DNA from: an uncultured delta proteobacterium
Lineage (GTDB): Bacteria; Myxococcota_A; Polyangia; Polyangiales; Polyangiaceae
Reading direction: 5' to 3'
Length of the DNA stretch: 64,000 nucleotides
Assembly: GCA_963850305.1 (NCBI GenBank)
Contig: CAWKKR010000001.1
Coordinates: 448,001 to 512,000 of the forward strand
Numbering within the stretch: the stretch's first letter is position 1; the number at the start of each line of letters is the position of its first letter. The notes beneath the pieces are model-generated. The model was not told where the DNA came from. It did no database searches and saw only the letters and a program-made list of their open reading frames with translations. A program made the translations under genes and the position numbers. Shown here one piece after another: positions 54,001-64,000 of the stretch.

Positions 54001-54028
54001 AACTTAGTTGTTCGTTCTATGCGGTCAA
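54001..54028 (-). promoter_or_regulatory. Possible sigma70-type promoter for the 61-aa gene
   Basis: Minus strand TTGACC-N16-TAAGTT in a locally AT-rich patch, about 55 nt upstream of the ATG. Confidence 0.35.
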
Positions 54029-54120
54029 GTCGACCCGGGGCAAAGTTGATGCGTCTTGCCTCGGTAGCCACCCGGTCACTCTTTGCTCGTGGCTGGTCAA
54101 CTATTTCCCGAATACCTCTC

Positions 54121-55592
54121 GTGGCGGTGAAGGCAAGGATTATTCAGCCGCTGTCCGCACGTAGGACGCACCGCGTTGCCTGGGCATCCCGCGTCAGCCG
54201 ATGCCGGCTTCGGCGAGTCGTAGAGTGCAGCCTGGCTCTTTGCTGCGTGCTTTACGCGCTCCCGGCGCATGCGTCGTTCGCCTATAAGGACGCTACGTGG
54301 GAGGGCACGAGCCAGTTCCTGGCGATGGCGCGTGCCCGGCTTGGAAGCGAGCGGGTTCGCGCAGTCGCGACGCTGCCGTGGGATGAAATTCAGCCGGCGG
54401 ACGGCGTGCTGATCCTGCACCCCGAACGGGAGCCCGACTATCGCGACGTCGCCGCCTTTCTCGGGGCTGGTGGCCGATTGGGCGTCATCGACGACTACGG
54501 CAAGGGCGACGAGCTGCTCCGTCGCTTCCGGATCCACCGCGTCCGGGCGCCTGCAAACCCCAAAGAGCCGCTGCGCGACAACCCGAACCTGCCGATCGCC
54601 GTCCCTGCCGTGACGACGGATGGCCGGACGCATCCGCTGGTCGCCGGCGTCGAACGAGTCGTAACGAACCACCCCACGGGACTCGAAACCGACCCGAAGC
54701 TCGATCTCACCACGGTTCTCGAGCTACCCGCGGTAGGGGAACCACCGACGCCTCTGGCCCTGATCGGCGTCATTGGAGACACGCTTCGTTGCGGGTTGGT
54801 TTCCGACGGCTTCGGTGCCGTTTCCGCGGCACCGCGGGCCGTCGACGCGCGATGTGGGCGCCTGTTCGCGATGGGAGATCCCTCCGCCTTCATCAATCTG
54901 ATGCTGCGGTATCCAGGCAACCGGACGTTCGCCGAGAAGCTCATCGACTATCTGGTGGCCGATGACTCGTGGGGACACCGCGGTGGTGTACTCTATCTGG
55001 TTGCAAACGATTTCGCCGAGCGCGGCAGTTTTGGCAAGCAGGACGGGCTCTCGAACGCGATCGATGAGCGGCTGGAGGCGCTCGCGCGCCTCGTAGCCGA
55101 TACTCGCCGGGATGGACTTCCGGGTCCGCTTGCACTGGCGCTGGGCGCGCTCGTCGCGGCCGGCGCGTCGCTTTGGGGGGTCGGAGCCGCCACGCGACGG
55201 TACCGTCGCGCGCTCCCTCGCTACGCCCGCGCCACGCCCCTGGTCGCGCAGGGGGGACTCGCCGGGCGCGCGGCGGTGCTCGCCGCGGATACGACACATC
55301 GGGCGCTCACGGTACTCGAACTGAAGGCGGCCCTCGAAGAGTCGCTTCGCGAGCGGACGGGCATCCGGGGGGATCCATCGTCGACCTGGTCGAAGAGATC
55401 GATCGACAATCCGCCCTGAGTCGGCGAAATTCCGTGGCATTGAGAGACATCGTGCGAGAAATGACGCGAGCGGAAGCCGCGGTGGCGAAGACCGAGAGCA
55501 TCGGGGTCTCGGAGCCGTCGCTTCGGCGGATGCACGAAACCATGCTCGTGGTCCTCTCGGAGCTGGAAGAGCATAGGCCGGGAAACCCGTGA
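54121..55592 (+). CDS. DUF4350-like exported/membrane protein with an apparent frameshift at the G6 tract 55367-55372
   Basis: Signal-like LALCCVLYALPAHA; WEGTSQF, GGRL.VIDDYG.G, GDPS.FIN.ML.YPGN; transmembrane helix. The C-terminus continues in the -1 frame to TGA 55592, which overlaps the moxR start. Start uncertain. Confidence 0.65.
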
Positions 55593-56560
55593 CGCACGCC
55601 GTACAGGTCAACGAGATCGAGGCCGCGCGGGAACGCCTGGCCACCGTACGCACCGAAGTCAGCCGTGTGTTCATCGGGGACGGCGCCGCCGTCGAGCTGA
55701 TGCTGGTGGCGCTCCTCGCGCGAGGCCACGTTCTGCTCGAGGGCGTCCCCGGCGTCGCCAAGACCACGCTGGTGAAGGCGTTCGGGGCAACGCTCGGGTG
55801 CAGTATCCGCCGGATCCAGTTCACGCCGGATCTGCTGCCGGCGGACATCACCGGGACGTACGTGCTCAATCCGCGAGACGGCTCTTTTTCTCTGCGTTCC
55901 GGACCCATCTTCGCGAACGTCGTGCTTGCGGACGAGATCAATCGCGCTCCGGCCAAGACTCAGTCGGCGCTCCTCGAGGCGATGCAAGAGCGCCAGGTGA
56001 CCATCGAGGGGGACCGCTACGAGCTGCCGAACCCGTTCCTGGTTCTCGCGACACAAAACCCAATCGATCTCGAGGGAACGTACGCGCTCCCGGAGGCGCA
56101 GATCGACCGATTCCTCGTGCGTGTGCGGATGGGCTACCCCTCGCAGCGCGACGAGGTGGTCATGCTTCGAACGCACGGCGTCGTCGCACCCGAACCGACG
56201 ACCGTGATCTCGGTCACGGATGTCTTACAGATCCAGTCCATCGCCGCGCGCGTCCACGTCGAGGAGGATCTCCGAGAGTACGCCGTGGCCTTGTCGACGT
56301 ACACACGCGGTCACCCGAAGGTCGTGCTCGGGGCATCGCCTCGCGCGACCCTGAGCCTGGTGAGGGCCGCAAAGGCGAACGCGGTCGTGTCGGGACGTCC
56401 CTACGTGACGCCGGACGACATCCGGACCGTCGCCGAGCCCGTTCTCGCGCATCGACTCGTGCTCGTCCCTGAGCTCGAGGGCGACATGAACGCCCGGTCA
56501 TCGATCGTCGACGAGGCTCTGTCGAAGGTCGGCTATCGACGCGCCGTGCGCCCGGTGTAG
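55589..56560 (+). CDS. moxR: MoxR-family AAA+ ATPase
   Basis: GHVLLEGVPGVAKT, RIQFTPDLLPADITG, LADEINRAPAKTQSALLEAMQE, ATQNPI, LPEAQ.DRF, GASPRA. Confidence 0.95.
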   Translation: MTHAVQVNEIEAARERLATVRTEVSRVFIGDGAAVELMLVALLARGHVLLEGVPGVAKTTLVKAFGATLGCSIRRIQFTPDLLPADITGTYVLNPRDGSFSLRSGPIFANVVLADEINRAPAKTQSALLEAMQERQVTIEGDRYELPNPFLVLATQNPIDLEGTYALPEAQIDRFLVRVRMGYPSQRDEVVMLRTHGVVAPEPTTVISVTDVLQIQSIAARVHVEEDLREYAVALSTYTRGHPKVVLGASPRATLSLVRAAKANAVVSGRPYVTPDDIRTVAEPVLAHRLVLVPELEGDMNARSSIVDEALSKVGYRRAVRPV

Positions 56561-56569
56561 CGTCCCAAC

Positions 56570-57886
56570 GTGAACTCCTCGCTCGATATCACCCCGGACG
56601 AGTTCGCGAACGCCGTGATCGACTCCGGGCTCCGGCGCGCGTGCTTCGTCTATTCCGCAGAGCGTCGAACGTTGCTCGCGTCGCACCCGTCGCTCGACGG
56701 GCTCGCGCGCGCCATCACCGGAGAACCCGACTTCACGGAACACGAGGCGCTCTTCTTCGAAGTTGGTCCCCGCACGTCGACGCTCCTTTCGGCGGTCTTG
56801 CATCGCACGATCCGCGGTCAGGGAGCTGGCGGCGTGCGGCACTGGTCGTACGCGACGTTCGGCGACATGGTCCGCGACGGGCTCCGCCTTTCACGCGGGA
56901 TGGGCAGAAAGAATGCGCTCGCGGGGCTCTATTGGGGCGGCGGCAAAGGCGTCATCGCGCGCCAGAAGGGAGAGCGGCATCGAGACGAGGCGTACCGGCA
57001 AGCACTCTATGAAGAGTATGGACGGTTCATCACGTCGCTCCGCGGTTGCTACGTGACGGCCGAGGACGTCGGGACGACCCCCGGTGACATGGCGTCGATC
57101 TTCCGCACGACGCGCTTCGTGACGTGCATCCCTCCGGAGATGGGCGGGTCCGGAAATCCGTCGCCGTTCACGGCCCGCGGGGTCATCTGCGCACTGGAGG
57201 CTGCGTTCGACCATCTCGGCGACGGGGCACTCGAGGGCAAGACGATCGCGATGCAGGGCGCTGGAAACGTCGGGGCGTCGATGATTCACGAGCTCGTCGG
57301 GCGCCGCGTGGCGCGCATCGTGGCAACGGACACGAGTGCGGACCTCTGCAAGGACCTAGCCGTCCGGTTCGCGGACACGCAGGTCGAGGTGCGACACGCC
57401 ACACCCGCCGATGCTTCGATCTTCGACGAACGGTGCGATGCATTCATACCGAACGCGCTTGGCGCCATCTTGAACCCGGACACGATCCCCCGGCTGAAAT
57501 GTCGCGTCGTGTGCGGCGCCGCGAACAACCAGCTCGCGGACGACCGTCGCGATGGCCGGGCCCTCGACGCGCGCGGCATTCTTTACGTCCCCGACTTCGT
57601 CGCGAACCGGATGGGCATCGTCAATTGCGCGAACGAGCAGTACGGCGTGTTCCCGGACGATCCGAGCATCGTCCGCCACTTCGGCCGCGTGTGGGAAAAC
57701 GCGGTGTACGTCGTGACGCGGAAGATCTTCGACCGCGCCCGAACCGAAGGGGTGACCACGACGGAAGCGGCGAATGGACTCGCCGATGCCCTCTCGCTCG
57801 AGCCGCATCCCATCTTCCCTCATCGAGGGCGCGAGATCGTCGCCGCCTTGACCGGAGAAGGCTGGCACGAAAGGTTCCGCCCCTAG
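56570..57886 (+). CDS. Glu/Leu/Phe/Val dehydrogenase (leucine dehydrogenase-like)
   Basis: GGVR, LSRGM..KNA, GGGKGVI, TAEDVG, GSGNPS..TA.G, QGAGNVG, GAANNQL, YVPDFVAN. Confidence 0.9.
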   Translation: MNSSLDITPDEFANAVIDSGLRRACFVYSAERRTLLASHPSLDGLARAITGEPDFTEHEALFFEVGPRTSTLLSAVLHRTIRGQGAGGVRHWSYATFGDMVRDGLRLSRGMGRKNALAGLYWGGGKGVIARQKGERHRDEAYRQALYEEYGRFITSLRGCYVTAEDVGTTPGDMASIFRTTRFVTCIPPEMGGSGNPSPFTARGVICALEAAFDHLGDGALEGKTIAMQGAGNVGASMIHELVGRRVARIVATDTSADLCKDLAVRFADTQVEVRHATPADASIFDERCDAFIPNALGAILNPDTIPRLKCRVVCGAANNQLADDRRDGRALDARGILYVPDFVANRMGIVNCANEQYGVFPDDPSIVRHFGRVWENAVYVVTRKIFDRARTEGVTTTEAANGLADALSLEPHPIFPHRGREIVAALTGEGWHERFRP

Positions 57887-57889
57887 CCG

Positions 57890-59491
57890 ATGCAGCTCTA
57901 TCCGACGTCCAACGCCGTTCACGTCGCCATCACCGCCATTGCCGTCATGGGAGTCGGCGTCGCGTCGACGGAGCCGGCTATCGTGGCGTGGGGCGGCGCG
58001 ATGCTCGTCGGGCTTGCGGTCGCCCGCGCCGTGACTCTCCTCGGCATCTTGCGAGTTCGCGCCGCCGGGTTCGAAATGGTTTGGCGCGAGGCAGGGCGCA
58101 CGAAGGACGCGCTGCGCGGCGAAAGCGTCGAACTCGCAGCGGAGGTTCGAAACCGGGACACGCGCGCCGCGCGGTACGTCGCGCTCCGGGCAATCGCGTC
58201 GCCGGAGCTCGAAGTCGACATTACCCCCTCGTCGGGCGAGGTTCCGGCCGCTGGACGGATGAGCGTCACGGTGCGAGTCCGGGCGCGCCGCGTGGGCCGG
58301 CACGGGCTCTACGGGCTGTCGCTCGAGGTGCGCGGGAGCCCAGGGCTGTTCGAGATTCCTCTCACCTTCGCGAATCCGTTCGGCATCGAGGTCCTGCCAT
58401 CGACTTACCGCATGCTGTTACGCTCGGCGCGCGGCGGACGGAGCCGCATGCTCGCCGAGGCGGGTCGCCCCGGGCCATTCTCCGGCGACGGGTACGAGCT
58501 GCGCGAGATCCGCGAGCACCGTTCGGGCGATCCTTTGAAGCGCGTCGCATGGAAAGCCTCCGCGCGGCGCGGAAAACTGCTCGTCCGCGACTACGAACAA
58601 GAAGAGCGAGACGTCGTATGGCTCGTCGTCGATGGGTCCGTCGAGCTCTGGGCGGGCGTACCCGGGCGCGCGCCGCTAGATCATGCTATCGATCAAGCAA
58701 CCGCTGTCGCCGACGCGCACCTGAGACGGGGCGATCACGTCGGATTGCTCGTCTGCGGTTCGCGAGTGCTCGCCCGCGTGGCGCCGTCACACGGCCCGGC
58801 CCAGGGCGCCGGGATCGCGCGAACCCTCGTCGCCGCGACATCGACGCTCGCGGCCGATCGCAGCGGCCTCGACGAGGACGAGGTCGCCGATCGCGTACTG
58901 GAGCACCTGAAGCCCCTGGACCCCCTCGCGGTCGCCGGTCTCCTCCGAGGCGATCGACGCGAGCTCGCCGAACGTGCGCTCCAGGCCGTACGGCGCGCGC
59001 CATTCCCGATCCGTGACGTGCACGGCGTCGACTCGACCGATCGAACCCTGCGCGGATATCTCTCGGCGTTCGGCATACCCTCCCCGCCGCGGCTCGAACC
59101 CGATCGTCCCCGCACCGACGAGGTGCTCGCTTCCGTTCTCGGCGAGCTTTCGCTGGGACACCCTCATCCGAGCCTCGTTTATGTGTGGTCGCCGGCGCCG
59201 GACCCCATCAAGCGACCGGGGCTGGTGGACGCCCTCCGGAAGCTCGGACGCCGGAAATTCGACTTTCGATGGGTGCGACTCGAACTCGAAGAGGGGATCC
59301 CGCGGACGGGGGGCACGGTTCCCGATGTGGTCGGGCATGCGGTGGCGCTCCGCGCGCGAACGAGTGAAACTGTCGGCGAAAGAACGCTGCGAAAGATGGG
59401 GATCACGGTCGAACGGGTGCGACCCCGCGTGCAGCTTCGAGCGAGCTTGCCTCCCCCCGCCCCGCGTTCGGGGGACGCGAGCCGTGAGTAA
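57890..59491 (+). CDS. DUF58 domain membrane protein (MoxR partner)
   Basis: N-terminal transmembrane helices; ELREIREH..GD..KRVAWKASARRGKLLVR.YE.E; VVDGS. Confidence 0.88.
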   Translation: MQLYPTSNAVHVAITAIAVMGVGVASTEPAIVAWGGAMLVGLAVARAVTLLGILRVRAAGFEMVWREAGRTKDALRGESVELAAEVRNRDTRAARYVALRAIASPELEVDITPSSGEVPAAGRMSVTVRVRARRVGRHGLYGLSLEVRGSPGLFEIPLTFANPFGIEVLPSTYRMLLRSARGGRSRMLAEAGRPGPFSGDGYELREIREHRSGDPLKRVAWKASARRGKLLVRDYEQEERDVVWLVVDGSVELWAGVPGRAPLDHAIDQATAVADAHLRRGDHVGLLVCGSRVLARVAPSHGPAQGAGIARTLVAATSTLAADRSGLDEDEVADRVLEHLKPLDPLAVAGLLRGDRRELAERALQAVRRAPFPIRDVHGVDSTDRTLRGYLSAFGIPSPPRLEPDRPRTDEVLASVLGELSLGHPHPSLVYVWSPAPDPIKRPGLVDALRKLGRRKFDFRWVRLELEEGIPRTGGTVPDVVGHAVALRARTSETVGERTLRKMGITVERVRPRVQLRASLPPPAPRSGDASRE

Positions 59492-60335
59492 CGACGGTTC
59501 TCCACGCGAGCTTCTGGCCCGCCACGGGCTCTCCCCGAAGCACTCGTTTGGACAGAATTTCCTCGCTGACCCGGCCGTCGCTGCGCGAATCGCGATGGCT
59601 GCCACGACGCCCGCCGCAGGCACGGTCGTCGAGATCGGCGCAGGGCTCGGCGCGCTGACGCGTCCGCTGCTGGCGCGTGCCGCACGGGTCGTCGCGATCG
59701 AACGTGATCGCGATCTCGTGCCCGCGCTCCACCAGGATTTCGAATCGCAGATCGCGGAACGCCGGCTCAAGGTGCTCGAAGCCGATGCGAAAGGCGTCGA
59801 CTACGCCTCTCTCCTGTCGGATGGCCCATCCCCCCGGGTGATCGCAGGAAACCTCCCCTATCAGATCACGGGTCCGCTACTCGAACTGACCGTCGCCCTG
59901 GCTGAAACGGTCGATCGGGTCGTCTACATGGTGCAGCTCGAGGTGGCCAACCGGCTCACGGCCGCTCCATCCGAGTCGGCATACGGGGCGCTGACGGTGT
60001 TCGTGAGCGCGGCGTTCCAGGTCTCCCGGGCCTTCGTAGTGCGGCGTGGCGCATTTTATCCGCAACCAAATGTGGACTCCGCCGTGGTCGTCCTCGAACC
60101 GAAGCGGCCGCGCCTGACGGCGGAGACGCCCATTTTTCGCGAAGTGGTGAAGTCTGCGTTCGGCCAGCGCCGAAAGACGCTCCGGAACGCGTGGCGCGGC
60201 CTCGCTGGGCTGGACGCGGACGCCCTCGCGCGGGCAGCAGGGCGCGCAGGGATCGGGCTCGATGCCCGCGGGGAAACCCTCGACGTCGCCGCGTTCGCGC
60301 GCATGGCCGTGGAGATTGCGACATCGCGACAATGA
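59484..60335 (+). CDS. rsmA: 16S rRNA m6,2A dimethyltransferase RsmA/KsgA
   Basis: KHSFGQNFL, VEIGAGLGALT, AIERD, GNLPYQIT, MVQ.EVA.RL, F.P.P.VDSAV, AF.QRRKTLRN. Start placed at GTG 59484. Confidence 0.95.
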   Translation: MSNDGSPRELLARHGLSPKHSFGQNFLADPAVAARIAMAATTPAAGTVVEIGAGLGALTRPLLARAARVVAIERDRDLVPALHQDFESQIAERRLKVLEADAKGVDYASLLSDGPSPRVIAGNLPYQITGPLLELTVALAETVDRVVYMVQLEVANRLTAAPSESAYGALTVFVSAAFQVSRAFVVRRGAFYPQPNVDSAVVVLEPKRPRLTAETPIFREVVKSAFGQRRKTLRNAWRGLAGLDADALARAAGRAGIGLDARGETLDVAAFARMAVEIATSRQ

Positions 60336-60850
60336 CGGCCTCCTTGAAGCGACACGCGTGGACCCTGTTGTTGCTCGGCGCCGCACTCGGCTGTCAGCCC
60401 GAGCGACCGGAACCGTTCGTGAAGAGCGCAAAGTTCGGCGTGTTCTTCGGCGGACAGATCGAGGAACGACGCGAGATTCCATTCGAACTCGACGAGACGA
60501 AGCAGACGCAGGGATTTCGCGTCGAGTTCTCGGAACCAGTCGCGTCGGACACATCCATCGAGTGGCGCCTCGATGAACCGAAGGTCGAACGCCGGCGCCG
60601 GAAAAAGTCCCCGAAGAACGCGCCGGCCGCAGAGGGCCCTTCGACAACGCGCCCGCTCGGAGGCAGTGACGTCGCTCGGAGGGGCGAGACGCACTTCGAT
60701 CGAACGACGCCCTTCGACCCCGGTGATCCGCTCGGGTTATGGAACGTGCGCGTCGTCGTGAAGGGGAAGGTCGTCATCGACCGGCCCTTCGAGGTCTTCG
60801 ACGCGGAAGAGCGCGAGCGCCTGGCCGCGCACTCGGACGGCGGCTCGTGA
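60332..60850 (+). CDS. Hypothetical lipoprotein
   Basis: ATGA overlap with the rsmA stop; MTASLKRHAWTLLLLGAALGC lipobox. Confidence 0.7.
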   Translation: MTASLKRHAWTLLLLGAALGCQPERPEPFVKSAKFGVFFGGQIEERREIPFELDETKQTQGFRVEFSEPVASDTSIEWRLDEPKVERRRRKKSPKNAPAAEGPSTTRPLGGSDVARRGETHFDRTTPFDPGDPLGLWNVRVVVKGKVVIDRPFEVFDAEERERLAAHSDGGS

Positions 60851-60858
60851 GCCGTTCG

Positions 60859-61359
60859 CTACTCGGATTCCTGCCCGAGGACGTCCTTGACGATCTCCTC
60901 GGGCGCCGCGAGCGCCTCGTGAACAGTGTGCACGGTCGGCGGCGGAGGATCTCCGTATAGGGTCAGGCGGGCCGCGGCCCAGAGCTCCTTCCGGAGCTGC
61001 TCGAGGTAGGCGCTCGACCCAGGCTCGCTCGCATACCGTTCGAGCGCCTCATCCGCGTCCTTGAGATCGAGCCGCGCCTGAACGGGGTCGATCTCCTCTT
61101 TTCGCTTCATGTGGTCGGTCAGCAGCGTCGCGCGATCTCCGAAGACCTCTACGAAGCCGGGGCCCACCACGATCCGTACCTCGGCGCCGTCTTTGGTGAA
61201 GGCGACGATGCCCGTCTTGAGGGCTGCAAGCAACGGACGATGCCCCGGGAGTACACCGAACTCACCGTCGACGCTCGGCGCGGTGAGCGACTGCACGCGC
61301 TCGTGCAACGCCACGCCGTCCGGTGTGACGATCTCGAGTTCGATGGCGCCATCGGCCAT
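60859..61359 (-). CDS. atpC: F0F1 ATP synthase subunit epsilon
   Basis: LEIVTPDG, GEFGVLPGH.PLL..L, GFVEV. Directly follows atpD. Confidence 0.93.
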   Translation of the reverse strand: MADGAIELEIVTPDGVALHERVQSLTAPSVDGEFGVLPGHRPLLAALKTGIVAFTKDGAEVRIVVGPGFVEVFGDRATLLTDHMKRKEEIDPVQARLDLKDADEALERYASEPGSSAYLEQLRKELWAAARLTLYGDPPPPTVHTVHEALAAPEEIVKDVLGQESE

Positions 61360-61362
61360 GGC

Positions 61363-62994
<1,632 letters not shown>

Positions 62995-63999
62995 TCAGTC
63001 CCCGAAGAGCGCGAGCTGCCCGGATCGAATGGGCGCCTCGAGCGGGGGCTGCGGCGTTTGGTGCCGGGTGAGGCCGAGGCGCTTCACGGTAGCTTCGAAC
63101 AGCGCGTGAATCGCATTCGCGTACGCTCCCTCCCCGGTCATCCTCGATCCGAAACCGGGATCGTTCAACCGACCTCCTCGAACCTCCCTCGTCCGCGCGA
63201 GCACGCGGTCGGCGGCGAGGGGCACCGCTTCCCGCAACCGGTTCTCGAAAACGTGCCGGACGTTGCCGGGCAACCGGAGCAAGATCATCCCAGCCGAGGT
63301 TGCTCCGGCGTCGGCGGCGGCCTTCAGCACCGTGGCCATATCGCGGTCGGACAACCCTGGAATGACCGGGGCGACATTCACCGAAACCCCGATTCCGGCG
63401 CTCGCGAGGCGTTCGATGGTCAGCAGGCGCCGTCGCGGAGTCGCCACGCCGGGCTCCATCGCTCGAGCCAGCCGCTCGTCCCAGAACGGAACGCTGATTG
63501 CCACGCTGACCAGGCGCTGGTCGCGCAACCGTCCGAGCACGTCCAGATCCCGCTCGATGAGGGGCGCTTTGGTAATTACATGGACCGGATTCGCCGCCTC
63601 CGCGCACACGGCGAGACATTGGCGTGTAAGCTCGTAGGTCGCCTCGAGCGGCTGGTAACAATCCGTGTTCCCGCTGAAGACGATCGTCTCCCGCTTCCAT
63701 CCGCGCCGCGCGAGAGCCACGCGAAGGAGGTCGGGCGCGCGCCGCTTCACGACGATCTTCCGCTCGAAGTCGGTCCCGGCGCCGAACCCCAGATACTCGT
63801 GGCTGGGACGCGCGTAGCAGTAAGCGCAGCCGTGATAGCAGCCGCGATACGGGTTCACGCTGAAGCGAAACCCGAGATCCGGACTGTCATTTTTCGAAAG
63901 AATGCTCTTCGTGTCGTCCTCGTAGACCTCGAGAGGGCTGGCGGGCGGATCGCCGAGATACTCGACGTGAGTGGACTCCCAGGGGGAGCGCGGGTTTCT
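62995..63999 (-). CDS. Radical SAM protein, PA0069/Rv2578c (SPL-like) family; 5' end beyond the window
   Basis: Frame is open to the window edge (…KNDSPDLGFRFSVNPYRGCYHGCAYCYARP); CxxxCxxC; TDCYQP.E; C-terminal QLALF. Confidence 0.9.
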   Translation of the reverse strand, partial: RNPRSPWESTHVEYLGDPPASPLEVYEDDTKSILSKNDSPDLGFRFSVNPYRGCYHGCAYCYARPSHEYLGFGAGTDFERKIVVKRRAPDLLRVALARRGWKRETIVFSGNTDCYQPLEATYELTRQCLAVCAEAANPVHVITKAPLIERDLDVLGRLRDQRLVSVAISVPFWDERLARAMEPGVATPRRRLLTIERLASAGIGVSVNVAPVIPGLSDRDMATVLKAAADAGATSAGMILLRLPGNVRHVFENRLREAVPLAADRVLARTREVRGGRLNDPGFGSRMTGEGAYANAIHALFEATVKRLGLTRHQTPQPPLEAPIRSGQLALFGD

Positions 64000-64000
64000 C

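Overview
High-GC window that reads as myxobacterial chromosome (Myxococcota, probably Polyangiaceae-like; inferred from gene content and Cys/Gly-rich lipoproteins). It is mostly housekeeping and envelope genes. In order: the end of a type IV pilus minor-pilin cluster (pilW-like, pilX-like, pilY1, coupled lipoprotein); gcvT-gcvH-gcvPA with no gcvPB; a rubrerythrin / Fe-S oxidoreductase / DUF3501 cluster split by an inverted dps; pilC-pilS plus an mlaC-like gene; two convergent SGNH proteins; ssb, merR-like, ihfA, GT2s, polA, hrpB, rlmM-like and mutS; two large Cys-rich lipoproteins; a DUF4350-moxR-(amino acid dehydrogenase)-DUF58-rsmA operon; atpD-atpC; and a truncated radical SAM gene. I saw no rRNA, tRNA, CRISPR array, integrase or transposase. 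The least explained signals are non-coding or ambiguous. (1) A REP-like family built from C-GAA-G mini-hairpins, arrayed at two convergent-gene junctions (78-bp and 134-bp periods). (2) 21-bp and 42-bp tandem arrays flanking rlmM. (3) A 10-bp direct repeat between gcvT and gcvH. (4) A G6-tract frameshift in the DUF4350 gene. All family calls come from recognising motifs by eye; no database search was run. I cannot claim a demonstrated new system.
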